Shown here one piece after another: positions 1 to 13,200 of a stretch of DNA of 64,000 nt. Both the position numbers and the translations under genes were made by a program. The notes below the pieces were generated by a model that was not told the origin of the DNA, ran no database searches, and saw only the letters and a list, made by a program, of their open reading frames with translations. This DNA comes from Styela clava (lineage: Eukaryota). The first letter of the stretch is position 1. Every line of letters begins with the position of its first letter. The stretch covers positions 10,726,001 through 10,790,000 of the forward strand of contig NC_135254.1 in the NCBI RefSeq assembly GCF_964204865.1, in the 5' to 3' direction.

Positions 1-49
1 GCAAATGGGAAGACTATTATGCGGTTAACGTTTCTTGATTTTGTCTAAG
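1..49 (+). CDS. 3' end of an upstream VWA-FN3-like paralog (ANGKTIMRLTFLDFV*), partial
   Basis: Positions 1-600 are near-identical to 52346-52940, the last exon and 3' flank of the VWA gene at 47325-52393. Confidence 0.75.
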
Positions 50-2189
50 TTATATTCCGGATATCAGACATTTTCAAAAAAAAAAATTGTTTTACACATA
101 CCAACTTAAAACACATGTAAATCTATAAATGTGTGCGTGTTTTTTTCATTCAGTCTATCGGTGGAAACCAAATAAACATATTAGGAAAATCCATCTATTA
201 TATGCTGATATAGCCACCACCACATTCAGAGTGTAATAAACTGGGTTAGGAATGCGCAACCGGAAATATTCTTGTCCGCCAAGCTCTGTTCTTTATGTAT
301 TATTTACTACTTCTGGTTTCTTATTCGAGGTGAAAGTGTAGATAACACTTCATAAAAATATTGTCAACTGACTACAGCTCCAAACTTGATTGGAATCCTG
401 ATTCAAATTGATGATACATTCAATTATTCAGGATGTACTTGGGCATTTGATAATGGCAAGGAAAGCCAACATTGCTTCACAACGCAATCGGACTCAGTTC
501 AGATGAATTAAACTAAATGTTCTTTTTTTCATTCAGATTTTAGCTTTGTCAAAAAGTTATCACCATCCAGTGTAAATAGATTGAAATCTTGTTTTCAAAT
601 TTATAAGGAAAATAGGTCGATTTTTTTTTAAATTTCCAAACTCGCTTTCGAGATCAATTTGCTTTGACTCATTCTAATGGAATATTTACTAAGAACTCAT
701 TTCACACTTGGTAAATAAAAACAAAATGAATATAATAAATTTTGATTGTATTTATCGATAGTATTTTAGTCTTGGAGAAATCGTCATTACCAATAATTAA
801 TTTTTAGTACGAGACTAAATCATTTAGTTTATACTTTATCGAATACCTTATTGCCCAACTTAAGGACAGTCAGCTAACTAAAGAAAATCACTCGAGCATG
901 TATGTTTTTACGTGGGGACATTTGTTTTACGTCACAATTCACAAATACCGCAATCGATGTTATGCTACGGTTCACATCATGAGAAAGCGTTTACCAAGAT
1001 TTTATATATATGTGATTTTTGTTTAATTTGGAAAATTTTAGGTCAGGATGGTCCAAGGTTGTCGGCTCCGCGGGCCACAAAATTATTTTTGCATGGTTCG
1101 CGGGCCACAATAGTGCCAAGAATAGGTAAACAGTGCAATACAAAACAAACTCTTTCATTGTGCAAACACATAGTTATCAGGCAAAGCCATTCTAGGCTAA
1201 TAGAAGCCGCATTCGATTTTTAGTTTTCTCTGATGCATATATTCTCGTTAGCATATATTCCCGATCAAATAGTTAAAAACCTGATAATAATTTAGACTGA
1301 CAAGCACATTATTTAACTTCGCTAGTTGACTCAGCTAGCCATAACACTATTTAATTCAGTGACATTATAAACACTTGAGCGAAATCAAGTAATCTTTGAA
1401 GTGATATATATATTCACTATATGGTCGTAAATTCTATTATTCTTGTATGAATATGTCAGTTCAGGATTTCTTGATAGTGTTGATAAAAAATTACAAGAAA
1501 TTCCGTTTAAATGATAACACGCATATCCTCATTCAAATTTATGTTTAATCTGACTACTTTACAAGTCTTTATCAAGAATGTAACTAACTGAAGCGAGTCA
1601 TATGAAAGCATATTATATTTTCTGCTCATCCTTTATTCAAAGTATTGACATGCAATGCAAATAGGAAAGTGTGAACTTATCACTTAGTCCTATAGCATTA
1701 AATAATATGACGATATCACCAAGCTTCAAATTATTAAATAACAATTATTGCAATAAGAATGTCAGTGGCACCTACAAACAAAAAAGAAACAAACTTTACA
1801 AAAATGTGTTTCTAATTTAGAAGGAAACATGGGATGGATGTTATCAGGGTAAAGAAACCATTATAAAAGAAACCATTAGCAGCCTAGATCACGTTATGCG
1901 AGTTATACAAATCCAGATCCATCTTCGCCATATTTAACAAAACGCATCAGCAGATGACGTCACTACACTTGACTTGCCTTTTTAAAACATCCGAATTTTA
2001 CATCTGCGATACTGACGAAAAATAAACGTTCATAATTTGAACAACAGGAAAAACATCAACCAATATGCAATGTTATTTTTGTTTCAATAAATATCAGTTA
2101 ACACAAGCGCAGAAGTTCAAGAACAAGATAGTAATAGTTAAATTCACAACGAAAATAGCAATGAATGATCGCCATTTATATTCAACATG

Positions 2190-2472
2190 TCAAGCATCAT
2201 ATTCATTTTCAGGCATTGAATTGATGTACGGATGTTCTATTGTTTTACCATCATCCATTTCTTCGTATTGATGATCTCTATCTTTTATTTCCTCATAAAT
2301 ATGCGGGATTTCATAATTTCCATCTTTCTCTTCTCTTATCTCATAGTTTCCGGAGTTCAGTTGTGATGTTTGAATTTCATCAAATTTTTCATAAGAACTC
2401 GGGACGTCACTAACAACGTTATTCATCTCTGAAAGACTTTGTGGTTGAGTTGCGATTTTTTGAGAATTCCTT
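2190..2472 (-). CDS. Duplicate of the terminal cytoplasmic exon of receptor A1 (candidate alternative last exon)
   Basis: Intact acceptor (tcttcacag|AAGG) and an open frame to TGA. About 5 aa differ from 4289-4571. No TM exon lies directly upstream; it sits in a ~2.1-kb tandem duplication. Confidence 0.6.
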
Positions 2473-3198
2473 CTGTGAAGAACAATAAGTTAAAGATATT
2501 TTATTTTATAATATTTTTCGAAATCGTTTCCGAGATCAATTTGCTTTGATTCATTTAAATGGAATATTTACTATGAACACATTTCACAATTATATTAGTA
2601 AATTTAAAAAAAAATGAATCTAATAAATTTTGATCGTATTTAGTGATAATATTTACTGCCTTGGAGAAATTACCATTATAATGTTTAGTACAAGGTTATA
2701 TTATTTAGTTTATACTACTGTCGAATAACTCATTCTAAAACGTAAGGGCAGTCAGCTAACTAAGAAAATCATTCGAGCACTATATTTTTACGTTGTTACG
2801 TATGGTTGTTCTCTATTAGTACGAGACTAAATCATTTAGTTTATACTTTGCCGAATAACTTATTTCCCAACTTAAGGACAGTCAGCTAACTAAAGAAAGT
2901 CATTCGAGCATGTATGTTTTTACGTGGTGACGTATGTTTTACGTCACAATTCACAAATACCGCAATTGATGTTATGCTACGGTTCACATCATGAGAAAGC
3001 GTTAACCAAGATTTTATATGTGATTCTTGTTTAATTTGGAAAGATCTAGATCATATTTGAACAAATACATTCAAATCTAATTATTAATTTAAGATTATAT
3101 GGTTACAAACATTATTTATATATAATCTGTTTGACTTATATTCATAGTTTTGCACAAAACAAAAACAATATTGGACCATACAAGTAAGTTCTAAATGT

Positions 3199-3436
3199 TG
3201 GGTGCTCCCGAAGTATGCGAACCAAGATGGCGGACATCGGAACGTAACATGGGTAACAGGTTAGGGTTAGGCAATAATTTTTTTCCAAATTTCCTTATTT
3301 TAGTCCTATCATCAGTTCGAAGACTAGCCAAGAGCCTCCCGTAGTATTTATACTTAAAATTATGGCCTAACCCTAACCTAGTACACATATTACATTCCGA
3401 TGTCCGCCATCTTGGTTCGCATACTTCGGGAGCCCC
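3199..3436. mobile_element. MITE with ~40-bp TIRs and internal telomere-like GGTTAGGGTTAGG / CCTAACCCTAACC motifs
   Basis: TIR gctcccgaagtatgcgaaccaagatggcggacatcggaa and its reverse complement, flanked by a direct repeat aaatgt. Absent at the paralogous site near 53650. Confidence 0.85.
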
Positions 3437-4288
3437 AAATGTAGTTATATTTTAAAGTTTCTATTACAAACACTTGAACGAAATCAGGTAATCTTTGAAG
3501 TGATATATATATTCACTATGTGGTCGTAAATTTTATCATTCTTGTATGAATGTGTCAGTTCAGGATTTCTTGATAGTGTTGATAAAAAATTACAAGAAAT
3601 TCCGTTTTAATGATAACACGCATATCCTCATTCAAATTTATGTTTAATCTGACTACTTGACAAGTCTTTATCAAGAATGTAACTAACTGAAGTGAGTAAA
3701 ATGAAAGCATATTATATTTTCTGCTCATCCTTTATTCAAAGTATTGACATGCAAGGCAAATAGGAAAGTGTGAACTCATCACTTAGTCCTATAGCATTAA
3801 ATAATAAGACGATATCACCAAGCTTCAAATTATTAAATAACAATTATTGCAAAAAGAATGTCAGTGGCACCTACAAACAAAAAAGAAACAAACTTTACAA
3901 AAATGTGTTTCTAATTTAAAAGTAAACATGGGATGGATGTTATCAGGGTAAAGAAACCATTATAAAAGAAACCATTAGCAGCCTAGATCACGTTATGCGA
4001 GTTATACCAATCCAGATACATCTTCGGCATATTTAACAAAACGCACCAGCAGAAGACGTCATAACACTTGACTTGCATTTATTAAAAAATCCGAATTTTA
4101 CATCTGCGATACTGACGAAAAATAAACGTTCATAATTTGAACAACAGAAAAAACATGAACCAATATGCAATGTTATTTTTGTTTCAATAAATATCAGTTA
4201 ACACAAGCGCAGAAATTCAAGAACAAGTAGTAATAGTTAAATTCACAACGAAAATAGCAATGAATGATCGCCATTCATATTCAACATG

Positions 4289-7200
4289 TCAAGCATCATA
4301 TTCATTTTCAGGCATTGAATTAATGTACGGATGTTCTATTGTTTTACCATCATCCATTTCTTCGTATTGATGATCTCTTTCTTTTATTTCCTCATAATTA
4401 TGCGGGATTTCATAATTTCCATCTTTCTCTTCTCTTATCTCATAGTTTCCGGAGTTCAGTTTTGATGTTTGAATTTCATCAAATTGTTCATAAGAACTCG
4501 GGACGTCTTTAACAACGTTATTCATCTCTGAAAGACTTTGTGGTTGAGTTGCGATTTTTTGAGAATTCCTTCTGTGAAGAACAATAAGTTAAAGATATTT
4601 TACATGTAGGCTTTTGAATAAGAAACAATGGATTTTTTTCTTGAATCGCTTCTATTATAGAGGAATTAGGCGTCATTGTGATCGTTGGACACAAAAAACT
4701 AGACGAAAGTGTGAGAGCACATAATCTCAGCCATTATTCCGGACATTGAGATTGGATATGCGGCTGTATAAAAAGTTTCACTTTTCTGACTAAATTTAAA
4801 GGAAATACTAAAAAATTTTAAACATTTTATATACACATTTTATTGTTGTATCGAACAATTCTCACCTCATTACTCTGCATTTACGAATCAGCAAAACAAT
4901 TCCAAATAAAATGGCTGCAAGAATCAATGTGACTATGGATGAGATAATTGCAACCAATAGAATGTTGTGTTCTGCAATATATTTCAATATATAATAAGAA
5001 TCATAAACCTCAATAAATTTATCAGGTGCGACCACAAACAACTACACAACAGTAATGAAAACGGGTAAATATCAGTTGTAAAAACCAGAAAGTCAGTGAG
5101 CATATTGTACCACAAAATAGTAGTTCAGAAAATCGAATTATGCGCACTTGAGACTAATGTCTCTTATAATTTGTAAGCTATATAATCTTACCACTAGAAT
5201 TCGTTGTAGTAGTAGTGATTGCACTGATGGGAGAGAGAATGTTTATCTCCGTAGTTTTTGTGTCATTTGCAATGGCAGACAATGCGGAAGTATGTGTCAT
5301 GTCAGTAGGAGTTGTAAATTCATGATATTTATTTGTTGTTGTCATTTCAACGGTTGAAGGGGTGGGCGTTGTTTCACAGGTAGTGTCTTTTGAACATTTG
5401 GTCGTCTGAAGAAAGTAATTGTGATTTAGCAATATTTCGATTCAATATATGTACGATAATTTTTTATTTATTTCAACGGTTTTTTAAATCTGTATAATGT
5501 TCTTCAAAAAGTTGAACAAATATAAAAATGCTCACAAAAATATTGATTCACATGCTAATGAAAAATATCGAAAGTGAATAATTTAGATGAATCAGAAACC
5601 TTTTTGGTAATTCGTCAATAGCCAGGTCTTGCGACCTGAATCAGAAATATTGAAGATTCACTTTTGAAAGTGCAGCTTATACATTAATATAGTATAAACT
5701 AATAAAAAAACATAGAATGATAATCATTTTTCTTTTAAGCACTTTAGAAGATCAAAAACTATTAAATTACTACAAAAAGTGGCTTTCCCTATTTTTTACC
5801 TCAAAATTAGAACCAATGCAATTATTGGGCCCCATCCTGCTCGAGTCAATGCATGTCCGATTTCTTATTTTCATCATAGAGCTGCAGTAACATAAACTCC
5901 ACGATGACCAGGTTTCCCAGTATTTCCCTACACAGTGTAAACATAATCATACGTACGATTCCTCTTTTTATTGATTTTATTCATGGTCCATATTCCAACT
6001 ATATCATATTCTAAACTTTATGCTCTTTCAATTTGTTGAATCTTACAACTAAATATAGATTCAGAGCCAGGTTTTTTTTGTCATAATTGAAACTAAGTTA
6101 AGTTGGAGTTCGTGTAAATTTATATTCCTTTTCACCGTTTGCGTTATATTAAATCTTATTTTTAACATTTTATACTGTTTTAAGCACACAGCAAAAGTAA
6201 ATTCGCGCTGGAGTTGAATGTATTGAAGCTATGTTGAATAAATATAGCAGTTTGACCTGTCACTTCATCACTTCCTATTTTTTTTTACTTTTATCAGAAA
6301 AATTATGCTAAACATTCGTCTCAACTCGGTTGTCAACAGACATTTTACTCACCGATAATGCGTTGACACACCAATCCTTTCAATCCTGTTGCTCCAGTGT
6401 CACAGTCCATCGTATGCCATAGAAGATTTGCGTCATAAGTTTTTTGTTCACCTATCGATACACAAGTCTGTGTTCCACTATCAGTATCATGATTGTTTGG
6501 TTCCCCTTCATCCCAACGAATGAATGAAAGGTTTGTTCCGTCGTTCCATTTAAACATCGACTTTGATTTGTCATAAACAAGTCCAATGTAGAATGTGTAT
6601 GGTTCTCCTGTAATAAGACATATCATATCGTCACGCTAATAACCGAATTGCGTAAGTCATTTTTGGCGATTTCGAGTTTTTTTTATAAAATAGGTATTTA
6701 TGTAATACTGCGCACCTGTCTGTTAAATCAGATTTTATTTTCAAGAATTCTGAAACCCATAAAAATGGAGATTTAGTATGACATGCACATTTGTGCAATT
6801 GTTTCGTCATAATGAATTATCATTGTTACAACAGGACTATTGTGACGTCACAAAGGAAAATAACCTCAGCGAAGTATTTTCGAGTTTTTGCATCTCGGAT
6901 TCTAGCTTAGCGCGTATTAATTTAAATTTATACTACAGTATAGGAAGACGTGCACTTGTGATATTCACTGTCCGAGTCCAATTCACCTTGGTTGGCTTTT
7001 ATATTGGGTGCATTGCTGTTTTATTCTTTATATTTATTCTTAGTCTAATTTCGGTGGGTGTGCAGGACATGTTATATTGATGAAATATATATTTTTAAAC
7101 ATAAAAAATAATGTAATTGAAACTGATTAGCTATTTTGGGGATTAGACATTGTAGATACTGAGAATTACATTCGTTTTTGGAATGTTTTGTTTTCAGGAC

Positions 7201-10200
7201 TGGTGCATATAGTAAAGTTGCAAAATTGCGTATGTCCCCAAGTCATACACACATTTCTGCCTAAGTCACAGTGCACCATTATGACGTCACTTAACTGCGT
7301 CATACAAATTAACTTAAATCCGGCTACGATCAAAAAATTGAACCATGGCAAATCATTGACTCTCAATGGCATAACAATATCATTAGGAAGTTTTTTACGT
7401 TTTTCTCAAAACTGCTAAAAATGACTTACGCAATTCGGTTATTAGCGTGACGATATTGTTTTATACTGCTAGGGCACGTCTAGACAAGTGTTTTAGCGAT
7501 GATCAATCGGTTGAAGCGTTAGCTCTAACTGTGTTGGCGTAGCAGATTACGCATCTTCGTTTCAACAGCCATCCCACGTCACCCGTGGGTGTAATGAATT
7601 GGTCAGAAAATGCCAAACAGTTATAGAATCTCCCTATATATTGTTAGATATCAGTGGTTTTTGTACAGGTCCGCGTTCGCGTCCTTGTGGGTGTCATATC
7701 CCACAGGGATCGGACTTATTGCATTTCGTTCGTAATGCCATCAACGACCGAAGTTATTATATCGCCGCAATACATACACATTCATTGACTTTCAATACTT
7801 ATAATATTACACGTACCTGATCCATCAAAAATAAGTGTTTTTAGAAATCCTTGAGTAATATCATCCTTTATTAATGCTAATTCACTTTCTTTATTTTTGC
7901 AAAAAGTTTTTGAATCTTTATAAGATCTTGTACTACCACCCGGTGAAACGTAATATTCATAATTTCCATTGGAAAACCAGTTTCCTCGATCTGTTTCACA
8001 AATACATCAAATAATTGAATAATATCAGTAACTTGAAAAATGCACAGTGAAAATGCACGGTGGAACGAGATGGCATCAATTATTGCCGGCACTTACTTCA
8101 ACATACCAAAGTGAAAAATAAAAAGAAACGTTGATATATTAACTCATTTAAATTTTCCGATCATAATCCGTTTTAGCACCTTTCGAATAGAGCGAATAGC
8201 ATAGTAAATAGCACGGCGTGATTCAGTGAAAATATTCGTAACTTTATTACAAAAAGATGTTTGTTTTGACGTGACTTATGTGAAGGAGATTGACCCATTG
8301 TTCATATATATCTTATCTCTTTTTTTGCAACGATTGTAAGAAGTGGTCAGTTTAATGGAAAATGAAGACGTAATAATCTAATTTTAAAATGAGTTATTCA
8401 TTCTCACTCAGTGTAGTCGGAGCTGTGGTCAATGAAGGCATAATTACATTGCAGGAAACGGATGGCGTGCAAATCTAAAAACAACGTTCGATATTTAATC
8501 ATGCATGTAGGTGTTTCAAAACCGAACTAACTATAAGTCCAAAATTCAATATTTCATGTAGAATGATCCAAAAATAGTTTTTCTGCGGCAATGAAATCCA
8601 AATTAATGGGGTCTGGACTGAAGGATTTGCAAGTTACATACAAAATTGGATTATGGAAATATTTTAATACGTCAATCAATCTGTTTAAATAATAACGAAA
8701 TAGACTAAACTGACTTGAATAAATTTACCTGGGTGGCAATGCCAGGTGTAGCTAAATAATATCGTCGATGAAGTTTGAGTACAAAAATCGATCAAACGAT
8801 TGCTATATAATGTAAGCGTGCCTCAACAATGTGTATGAGAAAAAATGTTATTCCCATCTGTTTATTATAGTTTTGGAACGACATGCTAGAACTTTATAAA
8901 ATCCTGAACTTGAATGTAATAGTTATTAATACAGCTAGATAATGAGCAAGAAATTTGATAGGAAACAAATTAATAATGAGTTATATATGTAAATAACGTT
9001 CACTTTGGACTGTGTTGCCGTATCATTGCATGAGTTTGGACCAATCCTTGAGCTGTCAACACAAGTTCGGTTACGCTGCCTTATTCCCGGGCATTCACAA
9101 CTTCCCCAAGATTCCCACGATCCCCAATTCCGGCCTGCAGAAACATACAGAGAAAAAAAGATTTTTATTTTCAACTAATATGATATCAGTAAATTTAAAT
9201 CAAGATAAACTGTTAGCATAGATGTGCGAGGTATAAATAGTGGCAAGATAACAATATTAAAACTTTTAAATCTTATCAGAATCGTTCCTGCACTAATAGG
9301 TAATAGTTAGTTTTGTACTGAATATTTATGATAAAATTCAGCTGGCAGGTTTATAGCATTTTTTTTATTTATCAAAAACTGAAAGTTTTGTTAACAGTAA
9401 ATTAATGATATTGTGCAACTACTTTCTTTAATAAACATAATTTATCCAATTTAAAACATTTAACTATATCTCCAAGTTAGTACCTACACTAAAGTCATAA
9501 GATTTTAACAGGAATGTTTATCTGAGATATCAGGGAGACGCTTTGAGTAATAAAGGCAATGATAATCATATACCAACGCTCACGGGCATACTACAATTCA
9601 AAAGCATTTGAATCAGGGGCCCGCTCACTGCCTCAAATTCGACAATACAAGTGCGAGAATATACTTAGATCGGGTCGGCACGCAGGTTCGAATCAGGGCC
9701 GGATTTAGACGATGTGAATCCCTGGGCCAGGGGCAAGCCCTGTCAAGCGTGCCGAACTTGGCACGCGAGCCCATTTATTCGGCACGCGAGCGAGGCTTCA
9801 GAAACGAAATCATTTTTCTTCCGAAAAAAAGTTTCAATACTCTGAATTATCTGTTGAAACTCTGCTTCCGTTTAATCATTATTGTTTGTTAACAATCCGT
9901 TATTTATTTAAATTCTTTTTGACCATTCATGACATATGGCTTCAAAGAAATATTTTATGACTTCACAACTGAGTGAGCTATCGACAAATTTGGTCGGCAC
10001 GCGGAAGAATTTTGTCATTAAATTCAGTCGATTTTGGCACGCGAGCCGGAAAAGTTGCCCTATGCCTAGGCTATGCTAATTGTAAGGGCCCTCTGTAACA
10101 ATGACGTCACATCAAATCTGTCATAACGACATATAAGTGATTGCAAGTTCTTGTATTATGATATCACAAGTTCAGTTTTTGAATTCTGTGAGTTACAAAC

Positions 10201-13200
10201 GTTTAGCTACCGCCAAGATACTTACGTACAGAACGTCATGGCACCAGAAAAGTCGACTTCATAAAAACTCGTTTATAATGAGCTCTGGCATAGTAAAAAT
10301 TATATGGAATATTACTTACATTCTCGGTTGATTAGATGTATCATTATATACAGAAATATATAGGTATTTTTTTCATAAAATTAAGATATTATTACGTTAA
10401 AAACTGTTCAGGTAGTTAAAAAATTTTTCAAGAGTTTTTCTAAGTTATACATATTCATTTATTCGGTCATATTTCTAATTTTCCAATTTTTCAATCGGTA
10501 AATATTTGGAATTATTACCTTCATTAAAAAAATATGAGAACTATAAAGTTTTAAACTGACATTATTCTGGAACAAGCCTTTACAATTCAAAAACGATTTA
10601 AAATGAATAATAGTTCAAAATTGATTGTCAAGTCCTTCGAAGTTAGAGACCCCAAGACTTTAGCCTACCTTGCCCAATAGTATATTCGGCCCTGGTTCGA
10701 ATCCCATGAGTGATGTGACAATGCGCAAGAGTGTTGGACTTCTCAACGTCATAGGGTGGTTCACGTAATGGCTTATCGGTTGCGTCTTCCTCCGCCGGCC
10801 ACGTTTGCAGACGCCTTGCGCTACAGCCTGAGAAGGCGTGTATGGGCAAGCCATCGATATTTGTGGTGTTTCGACGAGTTTATTGGGAATAAAAAGCAAT
10901 GGCAAGTTTCTACATAAGTTTTTCTTTGTTAGGTTTTAACTTATTAAATACAAAAAAATAACACAGCCATTTTGAACAAAACTGGCAAAAAACTTGACTT
11001 ACAACAATTCTCTTCAAACAAATCTCTGAATATATTGAAGCTATTATGAATAAACATAGCAGTTTTGCCTGTCACCTCATCACCTCATTTATATTTTTAT
11101 TTTTAATATAAGAAAAAAACGCTAAATATTCGTTTTTATTCGCTGTCGCAAGTTATTTCACTCACCGATACGTCGTTGACACACCAATCCTTTTGGTCCT
11201 GTTGCTCCTATGATACAGTCCATCGTATGCCATAGAAGATTTGCGTCATAAGTTTTTTGTTTACCAATCGATACGCAAATCTGTGTTCCACTACCAGAAT
11301 CATGATTGTTTGGTTCTCCTTCATCCCAAAGAGTGAATGAAAGGTTTGTTGCATCATTCCATTGAAACATCGACTTTGATTTGTCATAAACAAGTCCAAT
11401 GTAGAATGTGTATGGTTCTCCTGTAATAAAACATATCATATTGTTTTACAATGCTAGGATATGCTTAGACTAGTGTTTTAGTGAGGGTTAAGCGGTTGAA
11501 GCGTCAGACATAATTGTGATGGCCATGGCATTGCAGGTTATGCATCTCAGTTTCCCGCGCCACCCATGGGTGTAATATTTTGGTCAGACAATACCAAACA
11601 TCAATAGAAGCTCCTTATATATTGTATCTTATAGTTTTGTACAGTGATTTGTTCGAGTAAATAAGCGTTATATCCCGCAAGGAATGAAATTATTGCATTC
11701 CGTTCGTAATGTTATCAACGACCAAAGTTATTATATCGTCGCAGTACAAACATATTTATCGGCTTTAAATACTTAAAAGTAATGCACATACCTGATCCAT
11801 CAGAAATGAGTGTTTTTATAAATCTTTGTGTTATTTCATTCTTTATTAATGCTAGTTCGCCTCCTACATTTTTGCAAAATGTTTTCGAATATTCATAAGA
11901 TCCTGAACTACTACCCGGTGAAACGTAGTATTCATAACTTCCATTAGGAAACCAGTTTCCTCGATCTGTTTCACAAATGAAATATCAAATAAATGAATAA
12001 TATCAGTATCTCGAGAAATTCGCAGTGAAAATGCACGGTGGAACGAGATGGCATCAATTGCAGGCACTTGCTTTAACTTCAATACCGAAGTGAAAAATAA
12101 AGAGAAGCCTTGATATATTCACGCATTTAAATTTTTCGACTTTAAGCCGTTTTAGCACTTTTTGATTAGAGCGAATGGCATAGTAAAAAGCAACGACGTG
12201 ATTCAGTGGAAACATTCGTAACCTAATTACAAAAGAGAAGTTGGCTTCGACGTGACTTATGTGAAAGAGAATAACAAGCCCATTGTTTATATCTCTTTTT
12301 GCAACAATTGTAATAACTGGTCAGTTTGCTTGGAAATGAAGACGCAACAATACAATTTTAAAGTGAAGTTTTCATTCTCACCTGGTGGAGTCGGAGCTGT
12401 GGTCAATGAAGGCATAGTTGCATTACAGGAAGCGTCTGGCGTGCATATCTAAAAGCAACGTTCAATTTGTTCAATCGTACATGTAAGTGTTTGATTGGAA
12501 CTAACCGTAACTCCAGAATTCACGACATTATGAAAAAAGGAAGAATTTTTCCTCAACAATAAAATCGAAATTAATGGTGTCGAGACTGAAGGATTTGCAA
12601 GTCATATTTAAAATTACAATTGGATTATGGGATTATTTTAATACGTTAGTCAATCGGATTCAATTAATAACGAAATACGACTAATAACTGACTTGAATAA
12701 ATTTACCTGAGCGGCAATGCCAAGTGTAGCTTAATATTATTGTTGATGAAATTGAGTACAAAAATCTACCAAACGATAGTGTGCATGCGTAAAAATTTAT
12801 TCTTATTTGTGAGTTATAGTTTTGGAACGAAATCTTAATCAACATGCTACAACTTTATAAAATCCTGAACTTAAATTTAATAGTTATCAATAGAGCTAGG
12901 ATAAGTGCAAGCATTTTGAACGGAAACACAATCAAAATGAGTTATATATGTGAAACAAGTTTACTTCCGACTGTTTTGCCGTATCATTGCATATGTATGG
13001 ACCAATTCTTCCACTGTCAACACAAGTTCGGTTACGCTGCCTTATTCCCGGGCATTCACAACTTCCCCAAGACTCCCATGATCCCCAGTTCCAGCCTGCA
13101 GAAAAATACAGAGTAAAATGAGAGTTAAATTTTTTACAACTAATATGATATCGGTAAATTGTTAATGTAGTATAGACGGTAGAAACAATAGCATAGCTGT

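Larger units (their letters stand above)
640..4602. repeat. Direct tandem duplication, ~2-kb period (about 640-2502 and 2503-4602)
   Basis: 1370-2500 matches 3470-4600 almost base for base, and 640-1040 matches 2520-3050. The two copies carry different insertions. Confidence 0.85.

Noticed and set aside
10655-10730. Functional tRNA gene
   Set aside because: A B-box is present, but I could not fold a cloverleaf and it continues into a longer repeated body, which fits a SINE.
7877-12082. ORFs 7877-8092, 11864-12082 and 41484-41702 as a separate repeated protein
   Set aside because: They are the wrong frame of the CTLD-a exons; the spliced frame gives RGNW...YEYYVS...FCK.
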